In this document: positions 13,193-24,233 of the stretch, one piece after another
Numbering within the stretch: the stretch's first letter is position 1
Layout: each line of letters begins with the position of its first letter
From: Lama glama
Taxonomy: Eukaryota
Length of the DNA: 64,000 nt
Assembly: GCA_028534125.1 (NCBI GenBank)
Contig: CM052817.1
Coordinates: 9,736,001-9,800,000, forward strand
Direction of reading: 5' to 3'
The notes under the pieces: generated by a model
Told to the model about the DNA's origin: nothing
What the model saw: the letters and a program-made list of their open reading frames with translations, nothing else
Database searches by the model: none
Position numbers and translations under genes: made by a program

Positions 13193-13941
13193 AAAACACA
13201 AAAAAATCCAGTTACTACCAGATATTAAGATTTATTACAAAACCATAGTAATGTGATGCTGGTCTAGAGGTAAACAAATATCATAATTATAACAGAATAG
13301 AAACAGAAAGAGAACCACAGCACATGCAGACTTGCAGTAGGTCAGAGTACATACTGCTGATCAGCTGGTTGTAGGGGGAGAGTATTCAATAAACAGGACT
13401 AGTACAACTGTTATTAATATGTAGAAAAATGAAAGTACATATCTGCCTCAAATCAAACATTAAAAATATCAATTCCAGGTACCTTAAGGATTCAAATGTA
13501 AAAGTTAAACATTCAGATGAGAGACTATATTCTTTTACTCTGGAGATTGGGAAGAATTTCTTAAATAAGACATAAAAGAAGACATTAAAGGATAAATCTT
13601 ACTTTCACTAAAATGAATTCCTAACCATCAGTAAGAAAAAAACAAGTAACATAACAGAGAAGTGGACAAAGATATAATAGGCATTTTATTGATGTAAAAA
13701 TTAGAAGACATTCAACTCTCCTTCTTACCAGGAAAATGCAATTAATATGACAATAAGATTCTATCCTCTCCCAATAGATGGGGAAAAGTCAAGTCTGACA
13801 ATATCAGATTTGGGCAAGGATGCAGAACAAGAATTCTCACACATGCCAGTAGGATTGTAAATTGGCCCAAGTACTTTAGGAAAACGTTGGTCTTACTAAT
13901 TAAACTGAACTTGTGCATAATTTACCATCTAGCAATTCTAA

Positions 13942-14325
13942 CTGTATCAGTTTGCTAAGGTTGCCATAACAAAAACACTATAGACTGGGTGGCTTAGACA
14001 ACAGAAATTTATGTTCTCAGTTTTGAAGGTGATAAGTCCAAGATCAAGGTGTTGGCAGGTTTGTTTTCTTCCAAAGCCCATTTTCTTGCGGTATCTTCAC
14101 TGGTCTTTCCTCTCTTCATGCACATATCCAGCATCTCTCTATATGTCCTAATCACCTTTTCTTTAAGGACACCAGTCAGACTAGATGAGGGCCACCCCAA
14201 AGGTCTCATTTTAACTTAAGTACCTCTTTAAAGACCATATCTCCAAAAGCAGTCACATTCTGAGTTACTGGGGTTATGGCTTCAACATATGAATTTTGGG
14301 GAAACATAATTCAGTTCATAACACT
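13942..14325. mobile_element. MLT1-type (ERVL-MaLR) solo LTR inside an old L1ME fragment
   Basis: tgtatcagtttgctaaggttgccataacaaa ... acatatgaattttggggg ... ttcataaca. Confidence 0.8.
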
Positions 14326-14815
14326 ACCCCTAGACATATTAGCCAGAGAAAATTTTGCACATGTTTGAGAATGCTGACAACACTTTAATTCATAATAATA
14401 AACAATATAGTGGATAATTCAAGTGTGTTGTATTTCTAAAACAAAATATTACAAGGTAGTGAAAAGGAATGAATTATAGCTATGTGCATAAGTTTGGATT
14501 ACTCTTAGAAACAGTGTTAAATGGGAAGAAAATTAGTTACAAAAGAATACATGCAAAATAACTATATTTATAATAAGGTGGAGAAAAAGCAAAGATACAG
14601 TGTATATTTTTGAGATACATCTAGGTAGCCTTATTATAAGTAAAGTAAAGAAAAGTGAGGTAATGAATAGCATAAAATTCAGGATAGTGGTACCCTCTGG
14701 AAAGGAAGGAGGGGAAACAAATCTAGAATGAGATACAGGAGACTTAAAAAGTTGTCTTAGTATTCTATTTCTTAATTAGATGTTGGATATATCTGTTAAT
14801 TTTATTATTCTCCTT

Positions 14816-15990
14816 TGTTATAATAAAAAATATATTTGATCTCTGTCCCTGGTACAGAGCTCCTAAAATCTGGAATTTCCTGAGTGACAGGAGTGTCTTT
14901 TGTCATTTCTGTGTCCCTTTCAACCACACCTGACTTTATGCTAATGAGGTGACTCATGGGGGTTGGGAGATCCTAGATAGCTTCTGTATAGAAGCTGGTC
15001 ACCAGAAAAACCAACCAAGTGATTGTAGGACTGGAACATTCAAGCCCATCCTCCAATTTCTAGGCAATTATGCCTACTCAGTGAAATCCCATAAAAAGTC
15101 CTGAAACAACCAGGCTCAAGAAGCTTTCAGGATGGTGAACAAACCAATGTGCTGGGAAGGTGGCACACCCAGGCCAAGAAGCTCCACACTCCTTGTCCCC
15201 CATACTTTGCCCTATGCATCCCTTCCTTTCGGCTATTCTCAATTGTATCCTTTATGATAAAACTGGAACATATATACACACACAATGGAATACTATTAAC
15301 CCATAAAAATAATGAAATAATGCCATGTACAGTAACATGGATGGCCCTAGAGATTATCATACTAAGTGAAGGAAGTAAGCCAGAAAGAGAAAGACAAATA
15401 CCATATATCACTTATATGTTGAATCTAAAATATGATACAAATGAAATTATTTACGAAACAGAAACAGACTTACAGACATAGACAAACAAACAAACTTATG
15501 GTTACCAAGGAGGAAAGGGGGTGGTGAAGGAGTAAATCAGGAGTTTGGGATTAGCAGATACAAAATATATATAAAATATAAGCAATAAGTTCCTACTGCA
15601 TAGCACAGGGAACTATATTCAATATCCTATAATAAGCCATAATGGAAAAGAATATGAAAAAGAATTCATATATGTATAACTGAATTATTCTGCTGTAAAC
15701 CAGACACACAGCATTGTAAATCAACTATACTTCAATTTAAAAAAAAACTGAAATAGTCAATACAGCACTTTCCTGAGTTCTGCCAGTCATCCTAGAGAAT
15801 TATCTAGAGGAGGGAGAAAGCAGTCATGGGAATCCCTGAGTTTGCAGTCAGCTGAACAGAAATGCAGGTAGCTTAGGGATACCTAAAACTTGTGGCTGGT
15901 ATCTAAAGTGGAGACAGTCTTGCCTTTGACCTGTGGGTCTGCTCTAACTCTGGGTAGTTGAATTACAGGACATCCAGCTGGTGTCAGAGT
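14816..15990 (+). mobile_element. MER21-like LTR interrupted by an L1 3' end (about 15269-15743)
   Basis: ggtacagagctcctaaaatctggaatttcc near the start, catccagctggtgtcaga near the end; the L1 insert is flanked by aaaactggaa/aaaactgaaa. Confidence 0.7.
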
Positions 15991-16164
15991 TTTGCAGTTG
16001 GAACTACATATCTTTAAACGGGGTGTGTATGCACATCATATAGAGTCTTTTACTGTAAATTTAATAAGGAAAAATTCAACTACTGTGCACTTAAGAGTCA
16101 AAGAAACAAAAACTATGAGGTAAAAAATAGCTACACAAACCTTTAAGCATGGGGGGTAGTAACT

Positions 16165-16356
16165 AACCATGGGTCTTCGGTATTGAACGAGCCAGGATTG
16201 CCTGTATTCAATTTTATCTTTTAGTCTAATAAGGATGATTTCATTAATTTTATAAACAAAACATTATCAATCTGAGTATTTTCTGGCATATTTTCCAAGA
16301 ACTTACTTAGAATCTTTCACACTTAAAATCGAATTTCATTGTTATTTGTCTCAGTC
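16165..16356 (-). pseudogene. NCAPG: NCAPG-like fossil exon 3
   Basis: Poly-T acceptor (t)n-aag, then ETNNNEIRF*V*KILSKFLENMPENTQID ... KINEIILIRLKDKI..IQAILA, vs human EANSNAVRFRVCLLINKLLGSMPENAQID ... KINKAMLIRLKDKIPNVRIQAVLA. Confidence 0.88.
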
Positions 16357-16965
16357 CTTAAAAAAAAAAAAAACCTGATCAAACTATTCTCAGGTGATAT
16401 TATAATGACAACCATTTGATTTCCCCAAGTTCAGAATTCAAGACTTTAATAATAACTCATAAAAAAGCTACAATTCATGCAAAAAGAGAAGCTATAATGC
16501 TAATTTCATATATACTTGTACAAAATATACATTTAATACAGTCTCAATATGTTTGTCTGAAATTGTTACCAAACAATAAGAATGCAATAATTTTTGAACT
16601 AAAAATACGGTCTTTTAACTTCTTTCCTAAGTAGAGTGCTCATTTAAATGTATTTACCTGAAACTAGTTTAAGTTTTTTATATTAAAGCTAGCATTATCT
16701 AATAAATCAGCTTTTAATCATAATCATATTTTATCCTACAGAAAAAGGTATTATTTATAAGGTCACTTTAATATGGCAAGTATATGTGTGTATATGATAA
16801 TTTAATTTATTTTTATCATATATAAATATATATGTACATATTTAGAATCCTAGCTATTTTTTCCCTAAATTATACAAGTCCTTAAGGCTTTCAATCCAGT
16901 AAATTTTTAAATGATATACTCACTCATTGTGAATGTTAATAAAAACTGAAAAACTTCTGGAATAC

Positions 16966-17155
16966 TTTCAAGAAGAAAGTAAAATAATTAAAATAACTTG
17001 AAATGTCACTGTCTCTTTCTTCCTTCTGTTTGGATAAGTAATAAACTCCTGCAAATTCTATTTCTTCTTCTGCCACAGGTTCATATTGACAGATCATCAT
17101 AGCATATTTAAGGCAGAAACAAATATGCCCGTTGAAAAAATGTTTTATCAACAAC
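16966..17155 (-). pseudogene. NCAPG: NCAPG-like fossil exon 2
   Basis: DKTFF ... LKYAMMICQYEPVAEEEIEFA ... NYFTFFLK|gtatt, vs human DKTVF ... LKYVMVVYKREPAVERVIEFA ... NYLFTFLLK; acceptor AG is mutated (ttctgg). Confidence 0.85.
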
Positions 17156-17460
17156 CAGAAATATAAAGCAAATCTTTCCAAACTACATTGATAAAAAACT
17201 TTATTCCCAGCAGTAACCTAAGACTCTCAGTAATATTAATAATTGTTCACTAAACTAAAATCTCTACTCTTATAACTCTTAATTGTCCATCCAGAAGAAT
17301 TGCTGAGGAAAATATACTTGAGTAATCATTCACACACACCTCTCCTGTTTTTGAGTTACTTCTGTCTTCAAGGCAGCATAGATTTTAATCACAAAAGATG
17401 CTTTTGATTCTTCTCTAACTTCTTGAATCTATTTAGAAAAATGTGTCAAAAGTTACAGTT

Positions 17461-19976
17461 CACTTACCCCAGCAGCACCAACAAGAAGGCCTGGAAACAG
17501 GGCAAGAGGAAAGCCTAGGAGAATGAGATGGTGGGCGCCAACTTATTCCTGACCCTGAGCACTGCTGCCCTCAACCTGCAGGAGGTGGAGAGTAAGAAGA
17601 ATGGCTTCAAATGCTTCATCAAGAAAATGTAGGGCAGCGCACTGCAGCTCAACCACAAGGCCATTGAGTTCCCACGCAAGCAGGCGACCGGCTTCTAGAA
17701 GTATTAGAAGGTGGGCCAGTCCTTCCATTGCCTCAGCCAAGCCTTTGAGTTGGACCAGCAGGCCTTTTTGCCTGGCCTGAATCAGGCCATCACCTTCATG
17801 AGAGATGCCTACCATCGGCAACCTCTTCTCGGAGCAGCCCAGACAGGACCTGGACCCAGTCATGCACCTGTTAGCACTGTATCAGGGGCACCTGGCCAAT
17901 TTCCCTGACATCATCCATGTTCAGAAGGAAGCTCTTACCAGAGTAAAGGAGAGTAGGGGTCACGTGGAAGAAGGGAAGATGCAAGTCCAAAAGGCTGATA
18001 GCATTCAAGATCTCTGTAACACTATTTCTTTTGCCGCTTTGGCTGAAGTTTACCACTTGCGTCAAATTCAAGTAAGAGACTTTAAATCACAGATGCAGTA
18101 TCCCTTACAACAACAAATAATACTTTTCCAAAAAGTGATGCAGAAGTCGGAGGAGGCTCTTCACAAATATGACTGGATGTTGGATTGTGGACTTTTTTCA
18201 GTTCAAGGATAATTTCTACAGCAGAATAAAAACTGCTATTAAAGAGCTATTGCCAACTATCAGCAGTTTACAAGGGGTTTTCTGTTCAACTGAAACTCAG
18301 CTGAATATGTAATTCTGTAGGAAACAGTTAATGTGGTTATATAATAGAAACAGTTCGTTGTAACTAAATTATACTATGTATGCCTACACTACCATTGTAA
18401 CTTTTGGAATAATGATTATACTATTTGCCTTATTGCTTTTTGATGTATTGGCATTTTAGTGCATACTTTGTAGACCTCAAAACCTATGAAGGGTCTCAAA
18501 GAAGCTAGCTGGATAAAAGCCCACTGTGGGTGCCTTTTTACTCTCATAGGTTGGGATTACCTAAATTCAGCCTATTCTCTGTTTACAAACTCCAACTAGA
18601 GCAGCTATGTGACTTTGTGCCTTTGGACACTTGGTTTTTCATTTCTCCATCCTGCCCCCACTCCTTTTTTAAAAAGTAACCACAACTTTTCTTTTGAAAG
18701 AGTGAAAGGCCAGTGCACAGAATGACAAACCGCCGGGAACCTCCTACTGGCGCTGGGGTGGGCTGGGAGGGTGGGCTGTCATCAGCTCGCCTAGCAAGTT
18801 TGGTCTCCTGATAAATGCTGGTGAGCACGGCAGAGGGAGACTCATGCCCATCTTTGAATATGGTGTCTGTTAAGGAAGTAAACGGTGCCACTCTGTTCCC
18901 TTAGATGCTACAGTAGCATAACCTTTTCACTCAAGTGTCCTGGCAACTTGGCCCTGAGAGTAACTGAACATGTTTTATAACCCAGAGAAGAAGTCTAATC
19001 AGTCAGGGACACAAGCACAGAGTCAGTGGTGACACACGCTCGAGTTTAGTTCTTGGGACGGTTTTCTTTATCTTTCATTCTTTTCTTTTCCTTTCTTTTC
19101 TTTTTTTTAGCTGGAAGATTTTCTTTTAATATTTAGTGTGTTTTTTTTAATGGATTTACACTGTTAACTGATTGAGACTCCACTGTGATTCACTCATTTA
19201 CTTAATCAAAAACTTTTCAGGCATGTCTGTAAAATTCAGTGTTTTACCTGATGAAAAGTAGTGTTGGTTGACCTAAGGAGACCAGAAATAATTTCTACTA
19301 TTCTAAATGCTGGCAGAAAAAAAGTAATTTTTTTTAAAGTATTGATAAGCCCCCAGGACATTTAACCTTAAAAATTATTTTAAATATATTCTTTTATTAT
19401 TATAAGGGAAATACAAATGGCTGATAAATACCAAAAAAATTCAAAAGCAGCTTAATTTATAAAGCACAATGAAATTCTGGTTTGAAACACCAAAATCTCA
19501 ATGTTTTTATAGTTGCTGAGCTCAATAGCGTGATTCTTGAGCTTGCAGATTTAAAAACTGTCACTGAAAGGTTAGAGTACCTACTGTTTTTGATACAGTC
19601 AAACTTACGCCGCCTCAGAAATCCATGGGTATTGAAATGGTAACACGGAAGTAAAGAGGTCAGTTTGAAATGCTGGTGAGTCACACTGATTAAAGAAAAG
19701 GGTCAATTTGCAGGTAGTCATACAAAGAGAAGGTTATTGAAGTAATTACTCAACAGCATATTTACTTTAAAAAGTAATTTCACATGAGTTGAATTTTTAA
19801 GATCAAACTATAATAATTTTGATCAAAATTTTATACCTTAGGTAACTTAGAGCCAGATTTAACATCATGTGGCCTTGTCTCTACTATTGACATGTGGAAC
19901 TGTAATCAAATACACTGTGCTCTAAAAGTAAATTTCTCCTGTTGATTGCAAAATACAGTTCTATAAACAAAACCCA

Positions 19977-20012
<36 letters not shown>

Positions 20013-20610
20013 CACATAGAGAGAGAGAGAAATGTTAATTTTATTGCATAAGTTTGGATATTATAATTATAGCATTTAAGTTTGAGTCTATTGGACAAAT
20101 AAGCACTATGCTTTTCACATGATTTGAAAATCAGTTTTATATGCCTCATGTTTTGATGATGATTTGACTTGAGGAAAATCACTAAACTTGTGTGATAGTA
20201 GCATGGAAATTATCTGAGGTGTCTTGTATGATAATGATTTGGCTAGGTGGACATAGCCTAAGTTATAAAAACTAAAGATTAAAGAACAAAGAAGTATAAG
20301 TTCATGCTGCCTATTTAGAAGAGAATTTTCATTTTTTTTATAACTGTATAACGTTATAAAGCCATTGATTCATAAGGGGGTTAAGTTAATTCTGTGGGGT
20401 AGGACACCAGAATTATTAGTGTTAATTTTCATCTAAGATCTTTATTTCTCTAATGTTCTTGGTCCTATTGAAACATTTCAGTATACAAACACACTGCAGT
20501 GTTAATACCCAAGAGAAAAGCCATCATAATGTGTATGCTGGTTATAATGATCAGAAGGGTACAATTTTTAAAAATAAACTGTCATGTCCTTTTTCAAAAA
20601 AAGAAAAAAA
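17461..20610 (+). pseudogene. SNX18: SNX18 processed pseudogene (5'-truncated; BAR-domain region plus 3'UTR and poly(A))
   Basis: KAWKQGKRK ... EMVGAN ... [11 protein letters not shown] ... [38 protein letters not shown] ... EEALHKYD. The exon junction near 17928 has no intron; several stops and frameshifts; AATAAA at 20573-20578 and A tail at 20596-20610. Confidence 0.93.
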
Positions 20611-21459
20611 TAGTTTTTAAAAAGTGGTCTCAATTCAATACTGCCTTTTATAATTGAGGCTTCCTATACACAGCAATTTCTTTTCAATATATATGCTATC
20701 ATTCTAACTCCTATTCCCAAACCATTACGGATTTTACTTACAATTTTTCTCATCTATCAAAAAATCCCCGCAATTATTTTCTAGTTCTTTCCAATCCCCC
20801 TTAAAAAAAAAAAAAAAACTCTCATACTCTGCTGATGGGAGCACAGAATAAAACACTCTTTAAAGGCCACTGTCAATATTAATCATATTTACAAAATATT
20901 TCCTCTTTAATCCGGCAATTCTCTTCAGAGATTCTGACAGTTACCCCTGCAAAGGTAAGAAATGACATACATTCATTAAAGCATTGTTCCTAGCATCCAA
21001 AGACTGGAAATAACACAAGTGTCCATCTATAGGGGACTGGCTAAAAATTGGACTATATCCACAACATGGAATATATGACAGCTGGAGAAAAAAAAAGAAT
21101 GTGGATGTTTAATTAAATGGTGATAAGGAAGAATATCCAGAATATACTGTAAAGCGGAAAAAGTAAAGTGCAGAACAATGCAGAGAATACTGAAGGAGGA
21201 ATGAAGGGAAATAAGAATTATATTTGCATTTGTTTGTATCTGGTTGAAGACCAAAAGGATGAACAAGAAACTAATCAAAAATGTTTACATGTAGAAGACT
21301 ATGAGGAACAGTTACTGGATGGGGAGTGATCATCTCAGTGCATTTCTTTTTATGTAGTTTGAGCCATGTAAAACAAGTATTTACTAATAAAAAAATAGTT
21401 TTAAAAAATCCAGTAGGAGAAGCAAAAAAAAAATTTTAAGTGACCATTTCCTGTTTTAG

Positions 21460-21592
21460 TTTTGTTTTTTTGGGGGGTGGTAGTAATTAGGTTTATTTAT
21501 TTATTTATTTTTAGTGGAGGTACTGAAGACTTAATCCAGGACCTCATGCATGCTAAGCATGCACTCGACCACCGAGCCATACCCTCCCCACC
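21460..21592 (-). mobile_element. tRNA-derived SINE (Vic-1-like)
   Basis: gtaattaggtttatttattt ... catgcatgctaagcatgcac ... gagccataccctcccc. Confidence 0.8.
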
Positions 21593-21734
21593 ATAAAATG
21601 GTTTTTAAAAATCTTTTTGTAATCTGCAAGTAAAAAAGGCAGTAGTTTGAATGCTGACAGTCATGTGAAGTCTTAGAGTTGAAATGAAAACTTCTCTATT
21701 TCTTATACTAAATTATAATAAAAGGCAATAAATA

Positions 21735-23405
21735 CAGGTTATCCCTTATCTGAAAGCAGAATGTTTCTATGAAACCTTTCGTAAGCCAAAATGGCATAAA
21801 ATGAAGAAGCAATTACCATTCATTTATATGGATACATTTTGAGCATTCCCAGATCCAAAAATTAACCTACCAAATCATACCAAATAACACATAAAACCTA
21901 AAATAATACTAACGTATGATAAAAGCAAGAATGATATGATAAATACACAGCCTATATAAAGTAGAAATAGTGTACAATAAGGTGTAGTTTCGTTAGAGCA
22001 AGCAGGTAGCTAGATATGAGCAGAGAAAGGGGGACAAGGGCCAAATGGCAGAAAACCATTTAAAACAGGATCCTCTGGACTGATAACAAACCATACATTC
22101 TGGGTTGACAAGTGTCCTGGAGGCAGAGGGTGGGACAAGACAGGAATCCCTACCATTTGAATGTAACCTTTTGATCATTATGCCTCAGTGTTGAAGGCTG
22201 AGGTTTGACATTTGCTGTGGCTAATGTGGAAGGCTTGAAATTTGACAGCATGCTTGACTCATGTATTTTTCTATCATACAATTCTTCACAGGCACTCAAA
22301 ACATCCTGCAAACCTGCCCTAAACTTAAGTGTCCTTTCAAAATTAAAGTCATACTTTTCTGCAACCAGTGCAGTGCTGTCAATTGTAGTGAAACTCTGTC
22401 TCATGCAAGTGAGTTGCGTTCAGTTCCTGGAGGTCTTCACTTTTGGGCTGTTCACTACTATGTTCAGTTTCAATTAATATTTAATTAGTATTCTTTCCTC
22501 TTGCAATTGCATCAGCTCTTCATCTGTCAGTTCTTGGTTATGGGATGCCAAAACCTCTTCAACATCACCTATATTTGCTTATACAAATAACCACCTTCTG
22601 TAATTATTTTCTTCCGTTCTTCTGGTAGCTTTTTGGCAGCTTCAGTATCAACTGAAGCACTCTCTCCAGTAACCTTTAAGCCATGAAGCTGCTCTTGCCT
22701 CAAAAACTGATCAAACCACCCATGACTACCTTTAAATTCCACTTTCAAAACATTTTCATCGCCATAGTCCAGTGCTTTCTGTTTCAGCTCATTAGACTGA
22801 CCAATTTCTGCTTAAGTATAAGATAACTTGAATACTATGCTTTGTACACTCATCAATCCACTTAAGCAATAAACTTTCCACTTTATCCCTAGCTGAATGC
22901 CAACCAAGAGACCACTCTGCTACTAGCAGAAGGCAGTAATAACTTTGGCAGCTTTCACTCTGTACGGAAATAGTGGTCCCAAGCAAGTTAAACTCACAAA
23001 ATGTCCATTTCCTTCACCCTGATCAAAACATTTAAAAATTACATCATTTTATGTTAAGCTTTTCTGATACTTTGGACACATCATGCCATCAGATGCACAA
23101 AATGAATCAAAATGAAATACGATGCTCACAGACCCAGTTTCAGGCTTTGGGAGCTTGGTGCTTAGATGCTGAGCGTGGTTCCAGGGAAGGAACTTGGTGG
23201 TGCCACTCTGGCTGCGCATGGCCTCTGACCGCTCCCTGCAAAACAACCACTGAACACTGTTTGCCAAGTATTTTTGCTTTCCGTCTTTTTTGGTAAAAGT
23301 GAAAATCCTCTTCAGATTTCCTTCTGTTATCAAAAACAGATACAAATACAGATGTGTCCTAAAAGCGAAGTGGCGTAAAGTGAAATTTTGAAAAGAGAAT
23401 ACCTG
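21735..23405 (-). mobile_element. TcMar-Tigger DNA transposon, internally deleted
   Basis: Termini caggttatcc/gaatacctg flanked by TA; minus-strand remnants VESLLLKWIDE and EFKGSHGWFDQFLRQEQLHGLKVTGESASVDTEAAKK are typical of the CENP-B-like HTH region. Confidence 0.85.
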
Positions 23406-23780
23406 TATATCGACCTGAAAAATAGTTGGTTTGTAACAAAAATGAACTTCTTTGCACTGACTTAGTTTGTTACTAAGAAATGTGTTTTGTTAAACTCATT
23501 ACAGGGCAGAAATGAAAACATATATTTAATATATTTCTTAAATTTATTTAATGAAATGCATATTTTTGTTAAAAATGGGTGAACTGCTAACCTAAGGAGA
23601 CAAGAGCCTACTGCGATTATTAAATACAATTTGGTTCTCCAAATAAGTAAACAAGGTAAAATGATATTAGATGTCAAAAATCTCTATAAACCTTAGAAAG
23701 GTGACACAGTTAGAGCGGGCTCCCGGGTGCACGAGCGGGGCCGGGAAGGGGCGGCGGCGGAGGCCGGGGGCCGCGCTCAC

Positions 23781-23874
23781 CGAGAGGTAGGTGCGGCTCA
23801 GCACGGTTCGGGTGCGGCTGCTGCGCCAGCTGGAAGGCCTCCTTAATCGACAGCAGCTTCTTTTCCGCCCCCAT
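23781..23874 (-). pseudogene. NCAPG: NCAPG-like fossil exon 1 (17-nt frameshifting deletion)
   Basis: ggcgccATG gives MGAEKKLLSIKEAFQLAQQPHPN, then out-of-frame VLSRTYLS|gtgag, vs human MGAERRLLSIKEAFRLAQQPHQNQAKLVVALSRTYRT; 94 nt instead of 111 nt. Confidence 0.92.
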
Positions 23875-24089
23875 GGCGCCAGGACACATGCGGGACGAAC
23901 CCTGTCGGCGCTCAGCTGCGGCGGGCCGGGCCGACCACGCTCAGTGTCTCTAGAGCCTCCCGTCAGCGGGCAGCGGAGGGCGTCGTTACCGCCAGAGCGT
24001 TCAAATAACTCCCGCGGGAGAAGGAAACACCGCGAGATGGCCGCGGGGGCAGGGGCGGCTCCCGGCTTCGCGCATGCGCAGAAGGCCGA

Positions 24090-24233
24090 TTCGGCCCTTT
24101 CCCGGCTGGTCGTGGGATTTCCGTGGGTGCCGGGGTTAGGCCTGAAGTGGTGTTGTGTAGGGAATGGGGGGTGGGGGGAAACTGAACCGCCGGTCCGCAG
24201 GCGAGGGGCGAGGTTCGTGGCCCTGGGCTGGAG
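24090..24233 (+). other. FAM200B: putative non-coding first exon of FAM200B
   Basis: Inferred from the CpG island and the strong donor GAG|gtgaga at 24234; the TSS position is approximate. Confidence 0.4.

Noticed and set aside
11180..23874. Functional NCAPG gene
   Set aside because: Frameshift in exon 1, stops in exons 3 and 6, lost acceptor at exon 2, missing exons, and neighbours (FAM200B, BST1) that do not match the NCAPG locus.
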